Of a stretch of DNA of 61,242 nt, positions 35,667-44,917 are shown piece by piece; the first letter of the stretch is position 1, and the number at the start of each line of letters is the position of its first letter. The stretch spans positions 1 to 61,242 of the forward strand of contig JASEIC010000002.1 in NCBI GenBank assembly GCA_030017555.1, written 5' to 3'. The position numbers and the translations under genes are program-made. The DNA comes from Patescibacteria group bacterium. GTDB taxonomy: Bacteria; Patescibacteriota; Minisyncoccia; UBA6257; GWB1-50-10. A model generated the notes under the pieces. That model had not been told where the DNA came from, ran no database searches, and was given only the letters and a program-made list of their open reading frames with translations.

Positions 35667-36719
35667 TTAAGATAAAACAATAAATTCGCGGCTGCGGGTT
35701 TCCAACCCAATATGCGCAAAATTTATTGCTAAAAGAAATTTAAAAATAAGAAACGCAATAAGCTCAATCAACCAATAGAAAAAAAACGCTATTCCTTTTA
35801 AAGTTAAAAACACAAAAAACGAAATTGCAATTCCTATTATTGACTTATTAGCAACTGACAATTGACTCATATAGTTTTCTAGAAAACGATATACTACATT
35901 ACTTACAGAATCTTTCATGTTAACCAATCCTAGAGTCTTTGATAAATAACTCTTAAATCCATGGGTCGCGTCTTCAATCATACTTTTTTTCGCGTCATCA
36001 GATAATTGATCAAAACTTGTATTAGGATCAATGCCGGAATTTTTATCGAAATTCATGCTTCTAATTTGCTTCTCGGCAAAAATATTTATTGTATCACCGA
36101 TTGATTTTTCTGAAGAAAAGTTCGGAATCCAAATTCTTATTACCGGCTCTCCAGAACGAAGAAACTCTGAAATAAACCGTTGACCTAGCGCCTCGTTGAA
36201 ATTACCCCACACAAAATAGTTAAGATAAACAAGAACAGCAAAAAACAATAAAAGACCAGAGGTTGCTTTTGGTGTAATCGATTTGGCAATAACCCAAAAA
36301 TTAATTTTTAAGCTATTTGCTAAAATTCGATAACCCTTCATTGCGGCTGAACACATAAAAACAAAAAAAAGAACAGCGCCAATAAGTAACGGTAAAGAAA
36401 ATTCCGGAAAAAAATGAGAATAAAAAATTGCAAGCGGAGCGAAGGCTTCTATAAACAATATAAATCCTAACCGACTCTTGCTTTTAACCAGAAAAATTTG
36501 AAGAATAACAAGCGTTAGAAATAAAATACTCGCAACCAAACTTAAAATAAAATTACCAGACTCAGCGGTGATTAAAAATTGATTAAAACAATAAACTCCG
36601 GCAACGCCCAACAAAACAATAATAATGCCGAGAATAATAACTTTATAAAAGCTTTGATCGGCTTCGATTTCTTTTGACTGACTAATTATTACCGGGCTCT
36701 GTTGGTTTTGGTTCAGCAT
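35667..36719 (-). CDS. hypothetical multi-pass membrane protein
   Basis: 350-aa ORF with about 8 hydrophobic segments. It is inserted between dnaK and dnaJ and overlaps the dnaK 3' end by 38 nt. Confidence 0.6.
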   Translation of the reverse strand: MLNQNQQSPVIISQSKEIEADQSFYKVIILGIIIVLLGVAGVYCFNQFLITAESGNFILSLVASILFLTLVILQIFLVKSKSRLGFILFIEAFAPLAIFYSHFFPEFSLPLLIGAVLFFVFMCSAAMKGYRILANSLKINFWVIAKSITPKATSGLLLFFAVLVYLNYFVWGNFNEALGQRFISEFLRSGEPVIRIWIPNFSSEKSIGDTINIFAEKQIRSMNFDKNSGIDPNTSFDQLSDDAKKSMIEDATHGFKSYLSKTLGLVNMKDSVSNVVYRFLENYMSQLSVANKSIIGIAISFFVFLTLKGIAFFFYWLIELIAFLIFKFLLAINFAHIGLETRSREFIVLS

Positions 36720-38565
36720 CTTTGTTTTTATAAAGCGACTCGCCTATTTTTTGTATTTCTTGGGAAAGTTCTTGGGTTGCGGTTCTTATTGCTTCAACAT
36801 CGTTTCCGTCTTTAACTTCTTTAAGTCGATTAATTTTTTGATTGATTACTTCTCTAATTTCAACTGAAACTTTATCACCGGCATCCTTCAAGCTCTTTTC
36901 AGAAACATAAACAAGAGATTCTGCTTGATTTTTAACTTCTATTAACTCCCGTTTCTTTTGATCTTCATCGGCATGTTCTGCCGCTTCCCGTTTTAATTTT
37001 TCAATATCTTCTTTTGATAAACTTGTCGTTGCTTCAATTCTAACAGATTGGGTTTTACCAGAAGCTTTATCTAACGCGCTTACTTTCAATATACCATTGA
37101 CATCTATATCAAAAACTACTTCTACCTGGGGGACGCCGCGAGAGGCTGGCGGAATACCATCTAAAATAAATCTTGCTAAGGTTTTATTATCAGCCATCAT
37201 TGGTCGTTCACCTTGACCAACATGAATTTCAACAGATGTTTGGTTATCAGCTGCGGTTGAAAAAATTTGAGTCTTAGCTGTTGGCACGGTGGTATTTTTA
37301 GAAATCATTGGAGTTGCTACCCCACCTAAAGTTTCAATGCTTAAAGTAAGAGGCGTAACATCAAGAAGTAAAATATCTTTTACATCGCCTTGTAAAATAC
37401 CGGCCTGAACCGCGGCGCCGATTGCCACCACTTCATCAGGATTTATGCCTTTATGAGGTTCTTTGCTAAATAATTTTTTAACTTCCTCCTGAATAAGAGG
37501 CATTCTTGTCTGACCGCCAACCAAAACTATTTCATCAATATCGGAAAGCTTAAGTCCGGCTCCTTTTGGAGGTTCGGCGGTAACGGCATCTTTCACAAGC
37601 GTAATTGAACGATCAATATAATCACGAACCAAATCTTCTAATTTTGCTCGCGAAAGTTTCATTAAAAAGTGTTTTGGTCCGGAAGAATCTGACGTAATAT
37701 AAGGCAAATTAATTTCTGTTTCAAGAGCAGTCGAAAGTTCGTGCTTCGCCCTTTCGGCCGCTTCTCTTAAACGTTGAAGCGCTAATGAATCTTTAGATAT
37801 ATCAACACCTTCACTTTTTTTATATTCAGAAACTAAATATTCAATAATGCGTTTATCAAAATCATCGCCGCCAAGATGCGTGTCGCCACCAGTTGCTTTC
37901 ACCTCGACGTGAGGCTCTTTTTTGCCACCACCCATATCCACCTCACCAACCTCAAGAATGGAAATATCAAAAGTACCGCCGCCAAAATCATAAACTGCTA
38001 TTTTTTCCTCTTTCTTTCTATCAATCCCATAGGCCAAGGCCGCAGCCGTAGGCTCATTAATGATACGGCGTACCTTAAACCCTGCAATTTCACCGGCATT
38101 TTTCGTCGCTTGACGCTCTGAATCATCAAAATAAGCCGGAACAGTAATAACCGCCTCTTCAATCCGTTCACCAAGTTTTGCTTCTGCGTCAAGTTTAAGT
38201 TTTTGCAAAACCATAGCTGATATTTCTTCTGGTTTATAAAAACGGTCAGCCATTTTAACCTCAATTCCCCCTTGTGTTGAAGCTTGAATTTCATAAGGCA
38301 ACCAGGATTTATCGCGCCCAATCTCTGAATCAGAAAACTTACGACCAATAAGTCTTTTAACGGAAAAAATAGTATTTTTTGGATTAACCACCGACTGACG
38401 CTTAGCAAGCAGCCCCACTAAACGCTCGCCAGATTTGTTAATTGCGACAATTGAAGGCGTTGTTCTATTACCTTCGACATTTTCTAATACACGCGGTTCT
38501 CCACCTTCCATTACGGCCATAGCCGAATTAGTTGTGCCTAAATCTATACCTAAAATTTTTGCCAT
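36682..38565 (-). CDS. dnaK: chaperone DnaK (Hsp70)
   Basis: [17 protein letters not shown] and [10 protein letters not shown] signatures. 627 aa. Confidence 0.97.
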   Translation of the reverse strand: MAKILGIDLGTTNSAMAVMEGGEPRVLENVEGNRTTPSIVAINKSGERLVGLLAKRQSVVNPKNTIFSVKRLIGRKFSDSEIGRDKSWLPYEIQASTQGGIEVKMADRFYKPEEISAMVLQKLKLDAEAKLGERIEEAVITVPAYFDDSERQATKNAGEIAGFKVRRIINEPTAAALAYGIDRKKEEKIAVYDFGGGTFDISILEVGEVDMGGGKKEPHVEVKATGGDTHLGGDDFDKRIIEYLVSEYKKSEGVDISKDSLALQRLREAAERAKHELSTALETEINLPYITSDSSGPKHFLMKLSRAKLEDLVRDYIDRSITLVKDAVTAEPPKGAGLKLSDIDEIVLVGGQTRMPLIQEEVKKLFSKEPHKGINPDEVVAIGAAVQAGILQGDVKDILLLDVTPLTLSIETLGGVATPMISKNTTVPTAKTQIFSTAADNQTSVEIHVGQGERPMMADNKTLARFILDGIPPASRGVPQVEVVFDIDVNGILKVSALDKASGKTQSVRIEATTSLSKEDIEKLKREAAEHADEDQKKRELIEVKNQAESLVYVSEKSLKDAGDKVSVEIREVINQKINRLKEVKDGNDVEAIRTATQELSQEIQKIGESLYKNKDAEPKPTEPGNN

Positions 38566-38585
38566 ATTAATTTAAATTATAAAAA

Positions 38586-39149
38586 TTATTTATTGTTTTC
38601 TAATTGACCTTTTATTTTAGAAATCAGAACCCGCGAGGGCCTTATTACTTTACCATATAAACAATGTCCTTTTCTGACTTCTTCTAAAATCACTCCCTCT
38701 GGTCCAAGTGATTCTATCTCCCCAACCGCTTCATGAATTTTAGGATCGAATACCTGACCTTCCAAAACAATTATTCTAGAAAACCCATGCTTTTTTAAAA
38801 AATCTTCAAATTGAGCTTCTATCAATTGAATTCCTTTCTTTGCGGGCTCATCATCTTTTAAAACAGCAAGTCCCAGATCGAAACTATCTAATATTGTTAC
38901 TAATTCTTGAATTAACTCTGCGGTACCAAATTTTATTAATTCTTCAAAACGTTTTACTTCTTCTTTTTTATAATTGATAAAATCCGCTTTGGCTCGCTTC
39001 CATCCGTCTAAATATTCGTCACGCTCTTTTTTGCAACGATCAAATTCTTCTTCAATATTACTCCCGGATTTTTGTGCGTCATCCGTTGACTCAAAGAGCG
39101 GATTATTTTTTTCTTCTTCCTTTTTTTCCTCTTTTGATTCTTTAGTCAT
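38586..39149 (-). CDS. grpE: nucleotide exchange factor GrpE
   Basis: It has a coiled-coil N-terminus, ..YLDGWKRAKADFINYKKE.. and a beta-domain C-terminus. Confidence 0.9.
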   Translation of the reverse strand: MTKESKEEKKEEEKNNPLFESTDDAQKSGSNIEEEFDRCKKERDEYLDGWKRAKADFINYKKEEVKRFEELIKFGTAELIQELVTILDSFDLGLAVLKDDEPAKKGIQLIEAQFEDFLKKHGFSRIIVLEGQVFDPKIHEAVGEIESLGPEGVILEEVRKGHCLYGKVIRPSRVLISKIKGQLENNK

Positions 39150-39157
39150 ATTTTAAA

Positions 39158-39877
39158 TTATTTAGTTGAGGATATCGACAAGTTTTCAAATGATTTGAAT
39201 AATTTTAAAGACTTTTGATAATCCATCCTTCTGGGACCGACTGCGATTAATAAAAGTTTTTCACGACCTTGATCTAATTTACCGACAATTATAGAAAGAT
39301 GCTCGCTTTTTGTAATTGGACTCTCGCCAATAAAAACCTGCGGCCAATTTTTTTCTTTCTGCCACCAATCAATCTTATCCTCTAACCTTTCTGATAAATT
39401 CTCAAAATCTTCAACTACCTGAAGTAAATCATTTTTCGTTTCCGTCTCAAGCTTGCTTAAAAGTTCATCCAAACCGCTTTCGTAAAGATAATCTAATTTA
39501 TAATCATATCCAATGCCCAATACCTTTAAATATTGAGCGAAATCTCGAATAAAAACTTTCTTATTCCCTTGCACAAATTCATCAAATAACAAATCAAAAC
39601 TCTTACTAAAAGAACTGTTTTTTTCTTCCTCGTCTTCTAAAAGCTCATCAACTAAAAATCTATACGCTTTATTTGTTGGATATCTGCCTCCCGAAGGATG
39701 TTCTTGATAAAAATATTCGGCGTCACCTAAAGCATTCAATTCCCAGCGAATCATTGCTGGTTTGATGCCAAAATCAAAATTATAATACAATCTTTCTGAA
39801 GTTATCGGCTCTCCAATCTTAATAAAATGCTTTACTGAAGCCTCTAATATTGTTTTACGACGTTTATTTAATTTCAC
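39158..39877 (-). CDS. hrcA: heat-inducible repressor HrcA (short form)
   Basis: The N-terminal wHTH is ..GEPITSERL..KPAMIRWELNAL..HPSGGRYPTNKAYRF. It has a GTG start and is the first gene of the dnaK operon, downstream of CIRCE. Confidence 0.8.
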   Translation of the reverse strand: MKLNKRRKTILEASVKHFIKIGEPITSERLYYNFDFGIKPAMIRWELNALGDAEYFYQEHPSGGRYPTNKAYRFLVDELLEDEEEKNSSFSKSFDLLFDEFVQGNKKVFIRDFAQYLKVLGIGYDYKLDYLYESGLDELLSKLETETKNDLLQVVEDFENLSERLEDKIDWWQKEKNWPQVFIGESPITKSEHLSIIVGKLDQGREKLLLIAVGPRRMDYQKSLKLFKSFENLSISSTK

Positions 39878-39892
39878 AAAAAAAGTATAGGA

Positions 39893-39919
39893 TTAGCACT
39901 CGTTAATGTCAAGTGCTAA
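39893..39919. promoter_or_regulatory. CIRCE operator
   Basis: TTAGCACTC-gttaatgtc-AAGTGCTAA against the consensus TTAGCACTC-N9-GAGTGCTAA, with one mismatch. It lies 16 nt upstream of the hrcA start. Confidence 0.9.
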
Positions 39920-39944
39920 TAAACGCTATTATCCATAAATAATA

Positions 39945-40862
39945 CTAAGGACAAGGAGAAGAGGACACAAAAGTCGAAGTCACGTTACCGGCATTATCTA
40001 CACTTATTCTGTAACAAGCATTACCATTGGGGGTTTTGACCACAAAGCCACCGCCAGATGATGTTATTATAAAATCCTGAACAGATTTTATTTTAGAAGC
40101 GGATGCGATATTTATATTACCGCTACCATCAATATTCATTCTCTCTATACCGTCAGTTGTTAAACCTAAAATATTATTACCGCCATTGAAAATTCCAGTA
40201 TCGGTATCGTCGCCAAAAGTATAAGACGGCGCTCCAGCGCTACCGGCATTTAAATATAATTTTTGCCAAGTTTGAGCTGTGGTTTGTCCTATATTATATC
40301 CGGGTCCACCCGGTACAATGTTGTAGTCAAAAGTTGCGGCAGAGATTCTACTAATTGCGCTATGCCACGTTTTTGAAGCTTTTGCTTGCAAACGCGTAGT
40401 ATTGTAATCAAGAGTAAGATCTATCTCTACTAACGCTAAACTTCCGGGATTTTCATATTTAGTGACCGAAAATTCCGTAACTTTAACTTTATCGTTAGTA
40501 AGCGAAATCAAATTACCATTAACCTCCCGCACGTATAAAAGACTGCTAGAGGCATCAAAAAATATTTTTAATGGATCGCGAGTTGAAGATGCCATTCTTA
40601 AAACCAAAGTTGAACTTTGAACGCCAACCGGATTTTCAATTAAACTCGATTCGCGCACTAATCGTTGAATAGTATTTGCCACAAAAGAAAGCTGTTGATT
40701 TACCTCATTAGAAGATGCTTGTTTCAATTCAACTCGAGTAGCTACTATTAAAATACCAATAAGAAAAACTGTGCTAATTGAAAAAATAGCAATAAAAATA
40801 AGAATTTCTACGAGAGTAAACCCCGCACCATGTCCTAAAGGGCATGGCTTTCGGCCTCGCAT
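39945..40862 (-). CDS. prepilin-type (type IV pilin / pseudopilin-like) protein with a Gly/Asp-rich tail-fibre-like C-terminal region
   Basis: The class III signal is ..GHGAG/FTLVEILIFIAIF. I chose the start at MRGRKP (40862); the ORF track extends to 40943 through a hairpin-containing segment. The C-terminus is ..GAPSYTFGDDTDTGIFNGGNNILGLTTDGIERMNIDGSGNI. Confidence 0.75.
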   Translation of the reverse strand: MRGRKPCPLGHGAGFTLVEILIFIAIFSISTVFLIGILIVATRVELKQASSNEVNQQLSFVANTIQRLVRESSLIENPVGVQSSTLVLRMASSTRDPLKIFFDASSSLLYVREVNGNLISLTNDKVKVTEFSVTKYENPGSLALVEIDLTLDYNTTRLQAKASKTWHSAISRISAATFDYNIVPGGPGYNIGQTTAQTWQKLYLNAGSAGAPSYTFGDDTDTGIFNGGNNILGLTTDGIERMNIDGSGNINIASASKIKSVQDFIITSSGGGFVVKTPNGNACYRISVDNAGNVTSTFVSSSPCP

Positions 40863-40989
40863 CCCAAAAAACCGCACTTCATTCTCGTTCTGAAGAACGG
40901 GGTTTTCATGGTGTTGGGTAAGGGCTTCTTTTTTAAAAATCATAAGATGCTTGAATATCTTGTTTAATTAAATAGTAACATATTTCGAC

Positions 40990-41802
40990 TTATTTATAAA
41001 AAACGCGATTAAGGACTCGAAAATCAAAATAAGTAATCTTACTGAAATTTAAACGACTCGCCAGATTCTTTAAAACAACCGCCAAATCATCGGGTACAAA
41101 ATTGAAGCTAAAATAAAAAGTTGGTCCAATATAAGACCTAACCACCCACTCTTTAAGGGCGTAATCATTTATTGAAATATCGGCGGGTAAAAAATTGGCA
41201 TCTTTTAATATAGCAAGAGTAATCATCATATTCTTAAACCAGAATTCGTGTGGTAATATATTTTGTCCTAAATTCATTTGCTTATTATTCTCATCCTTTA
41301 TCTTCAATATTAAATTACCAGAAGCTTGCGGCGCTAAAGAAAAAACCACGCCCTCATCGTCAAAAGCAAAACAACGTTCATTAAAATCGCACCAAACACC
41401 ATCGAAACTTCTTTCTTTTGCCTTCACCGAAACTTTTCTTTGCCATAAATCAACGGTTAAAGATATATTTGCTAAGGCGGGTAACATTCTATCTGCTAAA
41501 ATAGATTGATTATCACCAAGCCAAAATAAAATATTTTCTGGTCCAACCCAAGCTCGCCAATCAGAATTAATCTTATTAGAAATAATAGCGGCCAAAACCC
41601 TATCTTTTGAAACTAACTTAGTATCATTCAAACTTAATTGTTTAACTTTCAAAACATCACTATTAAGAACAAAATAGCAAAAACCAATGACGGCTAAGAC
41701 TAAACAAAAGAAAATCCCCGATGAAACGTAAAAATACAATCTTTTAGAACGTTCCTTTCCTTTACTTAAAATCCCTCGTTGATCCTGTGAATCTTTAAAC
41801 AT
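40990..41802 (-). CDS. ftsQ: FtsQ/DivIB-like cell division protein
   Basis: It has an N-terminal TM helix followed by a POTRA-like LKVKQLSLNDTKLVSKDRVLAAI. ATG at 41802; the track start is TTG at 41814. Confidence 0.65.
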   Translation of the reverse strand: MFKDSQDQRGILSKGKERSKRLYFYVSSGIFFCLVLAVIGFCYFVLNSDVLKVKQLSLNDTKLVSKDRVLAAIISNKINSDWRAWVGPENILFWLGDNQSILADRMLPALANISLTVDLWQRKVSVKAKERSFDGVWCDFNERCFAFDDEGVVFSLAPQASGNLILKIKDENNKQMNLGQNILPHEFWFKNMMITLAILKDANFLPADISINDYALKEWVVRSYIGPTFYFSFNFVPDDLAVVLKNLASRLNFSKITYFDFRVLNRVFYK

Positions 41803-41816
41803 AATAAGATACAAAA

Positions 41817-42965
41817 TTAAACAATAAACCTTTTAATTAACGGATTTAATCTTGTAATAATTTCATAACTAATACTATTTGTAATTTCTGCTAAATCATC
41901 GGCGCGTATAGTTTCTTTCCCGTTTTGACCGATTAACGTTACTCGATCACCCATTTTTACTTTTGATCCCAATGGCAAAGCAACAGTCATCAAATCCATT
42001 GAAACTCGTCCTAATACTTTTGCCGACAAACCATTTATAAGAACTCGTCCGCGACTGGAAAGAGCCCTGGGAAAACCATGCCAATAACCAATCGGAATAA
42101 TTGCGGCAATTATTGGTTTGGTCACTTCTTCGGTTAAATCATAACCAACAAGATCGCCGAGAACCAAATCCTTCACCTCGCTTACTACTGACCGCCAACT
42201 TAAAATAGGTTTAAGTGATAATTTTTTATTTAAAACCAATTGGTGCTGAATTTGCGCTTCTTTTGTCGGCCAAAAACCATAAAGGCCGGCGCCAACCCTC
42301 ACCGCATCAAAATGCGATTGAGGATAAAGCATGGTCCCGCCGGTGGCGGCCGCGTGCCGCATAAGATTTTTAAACCCCGCCTTTCTAAAAAGACTATTTG
42401 CTTCTTTAAACTTTTCAAGCTGACGAATCGTATAACCAGAATAAGTTACGTCTTTTGCTGCCGCAAAATGCGTATAAATTCCCTTCAGATGATTTTTTAT
42501 TCCGAACCGCGGATTATTAATTATTTTCAATGCCTTGGGCAAATCCACTAAATAAAAGCCCTGACGATGCATACCAGTATCAATTTTTATATGAAAATCA
42601 GCGAGTACTTTCTCTTTAACAAAAGCGACGAGTGCTTCCATGTTCGAAATTGTAAGAATAATTTTATTGTTTATCGCGTCTTCAAAAAGTCCTGGTAAAG
42701 TCGGGCCAAGGCAAAGAATTGGTTTTTTAATTCCAACGGCTCGAAGTTTGCATCCTTCAATGACGCTATCAACGCAAAAACCGTCAACGCCTAATTTATC
42801 AGCTAAACCCGAAAAAAGAACTAGACCGTGACCATAAGCATTAGATTTTACAACCGAAAAAAGCTTAGTTTTTGGCTTTAAAATAGATTTAAAAGTCTTA
42901 ACATTGGAAACTACTGCTTTTTTATCTATTTCAATCCAAGTTTTATATTTGTGAAATTTATCCAT
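41817..42965 (-). CDS. alr: alanine racemase
   Basis: It has the PLP-lysine motif SVVKSNAYGHG and a C-terminal beta domain with VGYD and GRVSMD motifs. Confidence 0.9.
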   Translation of the reverse strand: MDKFHKYKTWIEIDKKAVVSNVKTFKSILKPKTKLFSVVKSNAYGHGLVLFSGLADKLGVDGFCVDSVIEGCKLRAVGIKKPILCLGPTLPGLFEDAINNKIILTISNMEALVAFVKEKVLADFHIKIDTGMHRQGFYLVDLPKALKIINNPRFGIKNHLKGIYTHFAAAKDVTYSGYTIRQLEKFKEANSLFRKAGFKNLMRHAAATGGTMLYPQSHFDAVRVGAGLYGFWPTKEAQIQHQLVLNKKLSLKPILSWRSVVSEVKDLVLGDLVGYDLTEEVTKPIIAAIIPIGYWHGFPRALSSRGRVLINGLSAKVLGRVSMDLMTVALPLGSKVKMGDRVTLIGQNGKETIRADDLAEITNSISYEIITRLNPLIKRFIV

Positions 42966-43089
42966 TTTAAATTAAAAACTTCAAAACTAATCGTAAACTC
43001 TAATGAAAAAAGAACTAACTGACGATTTTGAACTAGTTACGGACTCTGAAACACTGACTTTAACGGTATAATCGCCAACTGTCTGCCAG

Positions 43090-43440
43090 TTATGACTTAA
43101 AAGCTTTAATATCAAAAACATTTAAAAATTTTTTATCGCCTGTCATCCCTAAAGTAGTTGATTGATTTAGCAGTGAACCGGAAAAAGACATAATTTCTTC
43201 TCCCGCCATTGATAACCCTTCGGCAATTTTTTGTTTTATAAAATTAGTCGCGGTTTTTTTTGCGGCTTCTTGGTACTTATTAACCTGCCCCTTGGCTTTT
43301 TCGGCCACAACAGATTCCACATTTTCAAACACTTGGCTTAAACTTTTGTCTTTATTCCACCATCTTTCATATAAAACATACACTCCATAAATCAAAACTA
43401 GCAAAAAAACTACTCCTATAAGTTTACGAAATAAGCTCAT
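43090..43440 (-). CDS. hypothetical membrane-anchored protein
   Basis: 116-aa ORF with an N-terminal TM helix and no recognised motif. Confidence 0.5.
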   Translation of the reverse strand: MSLFRKLIGVVFLLVLIYGVYVLYERWWNKDKSLSQVFENVESVVAEKAKGQVNKYQEAAKKTATNFIKQKIAEGLSMAGEEIMSFSGSLLNQSTTLGMTGDKKFLNVFDIKAFKS

Positions 43441-43829
43441 TAAATTTATTCTAATGGAAGTATTAGAAAACTACAAAACTCATCGTCCCCGCGATAAGTT
43501 TTGTCTACAGCGTTCCTCATACGAGAAGGAACTTCTGACCGGCGCGGAAACTACTACTTGGTTTAAGAAGGAACATTCGCCATAACGCAGTTTTTACCGC
43601 CTGTAACAAATCATCTTAATGCGTTCTTAAATGCTGTTAATAGTGGTTGTCTGTCTCCTTGATAATTTGGTATGTATCCATTGCAGCCATTACAATAATG
43701 TATATATCCTCTGCAAAAAGACAGCGAGGTGATTCACGTCGATGCCGATCACATTATGACCAAACTCGAGGCCGGTCACTCTAGTGTGGTCCCGCAACCC
43801 GCGAAAGAGTCTAATATATTCAATCGAGA

Positions 43830-43896
43830 ATTCTTTAAGGGAACTACCCTTCCGACACGTTAACAGCGTGCTACTCTACTATTGAGCTACCGCGGA
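43830..43896 (-). pseudogene. tRNA-Asn (GUU)-like 5' fragment without a canonical T-arm or 3' acceptor strand
   Basis: TCCGCGG-TA-GCTC-AATAGTA-GAGT-A-GCACG-CTGTTAA-CGTGT (43896-43855) is a clean acceptor-5', D-arm and anticodon arm. The following sequence (cggaagggtagttcccttaaagaattc) cannot form TTCRANT or pair with TCCGCGG. Confidence 0.6.
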
Positions 43897-43935
43897 ATAC
43901 AAATCAATCTTATCAAAAATAAATTCATTTGCAAA

Positions 43936-43968
43936 CTAAAACCCGCCTATGAGGCGGGTTTTAGTTTT
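43936..43968. terminator. bidirectional rho-independent terminator
   Basis: aaacccgcc-tatg-aggcgggttt flanked by A and T runs. Confidence 0.75.
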
Positions 43969-43975
43969 TACTAAT

Positions 43976-44227
43976 CTACTGCGTCCTTCCTATCAATCGC
44001 ACATCATCAACAAAAAAATCGCTGGTTCCGCCTGTTTGAATAACAATTCTATTAAACGGATCTGAATTGGGATTCATTTGTGTAAGATCTAGAAATACTC
44101 GCGACCAGGTATTAGGAATTGTCATGAAAGAAGGTGACGACACATACGCGCCTCCCCCTTCAAGACTCATGTATAGTGTCTCTGCAATTGCGCCCCCGTT
44201 TACATAGAATTCACATTCCTCTTCACG
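43976..44227 (-). pseudogene. C-terminal remnant of a paralog of the giant surface protein (CBM-like end domain only)
   Basis: ..EFYVNGGAIAETLYMSLEGGGAYVSSPSFMTIPNTWSRVFLDLTQMNPNSDPFNRIVIQTGGTSDFFVDDVRLIG aligns with the last ~75 aa of 44918..49762 (..KFAIYGESSGLIMDVRL..IPANTWIVIEIPMSQLNPNN..TFYVDEVKLIP). A stop codon lies just upstream. Confidence 0.65.
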
Positions 44228-44425
44228 TTATTCACTCACACATTTATTACAAATTCTTTAATGAGAAGCGATTAAAAAGGGATATCAAATTTATAAGCTT
44301 TCTCCTTGATTATAAAAAATCTTGGCAGATTGTCCAAAGAGAAGATTATTAGAATATAATCAACAAATTTGTAAAGAGAGTGAGATAGCAATACAAAATT
44401 TGACATTTAAGAAAGAAATCTGTAA

Positions 44426-44896
44426 AATAAATTAGTTCTTGTCAGTGTATCCCAGGCCAGCCAGGAACATGGTGTCTCAAGTCAGACAATCTATGCATGG
44501 CTGACCAAAGGAGCTTCCCACAACCCTTCCTGGTCAGAGTTCGCCAGGCTAAAGAAAGAGAACAAGGGACTTCAAATACAAGAAAAGAATAGTCTATTTG
44601 GCCATAATTCATAATTATTGATTTGTTTACCAAAGAAATAGCCTGCTTCAGCGTCATGCTGTCCCACTCGGTTTCCCTAACGATCAACGCCTTGCTGGCT
44701 GCGGTAAAAAACAGTCCTGCGCCGGAAATCCTCCATTCGGACCAAAGTTCGAAATCGCCTTAACCGACAACTTGGGCATCAGAATATCCATGAGCAAAAA
44801 AGCTTCTCCTTGGGAAAACGGCTATCAGGAATCATTCTATTCCCAGTTCAAGAGGAGAGTTAGTCTGGGTTATCTACAAAACCATTATTATTAATA
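44426..44896 (+). mobile_element. IS3-family transposase remnant: orfA HTH/leucine-zipper piece and orfB C-terminal piece, multiple frames
   Basis: 44426-44614 reads ..VSQASQEHGVSSQTIYAWLTKG..EFARLKKENKGLQIQEK. 44730-44896 reads ..ILHSDQSSK.. and then, in another frame, LTDNLGIRISMSKKASPWENGYQESFYSQFKRRV, which is the DDE C-terminal region. Neither piece has a start or is intact. Confidence 0.6.
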
Positions 44897-44917
44897 AATC
44901 TAACTTTTGATAGTTAG

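Noticed and set aside
37998-38408. Alternative-frame ORFs inside dnaK, and similar nested ORFs inside dnaE, thrS, gyrB, lysS, serS and other genes
   Set aside because: They are embedded in strongly supported housekeeping genes and have no independent signals. They are typical overlapping-frame noise in AT-rich DNA.
43441-43900. tmRNA, RNase P RNA or a group I intron in the GC-elevated stretch
   Set aside because: By eye I found none of the diagnostic motifs: GGAAAGUCC for RNase P, a tag ORF plus terminal TPsiC/ACCA for tmRNA, or a P7/CAGACUA-type core for group I introns. This is left as a computational check, not a call.
44442-44687. 81-aa minus-strand ORF
   Set aside because: It is antisense to the IS3 OrfA and OrfB fragments, which give recognisable transposase sequence on the + strand.
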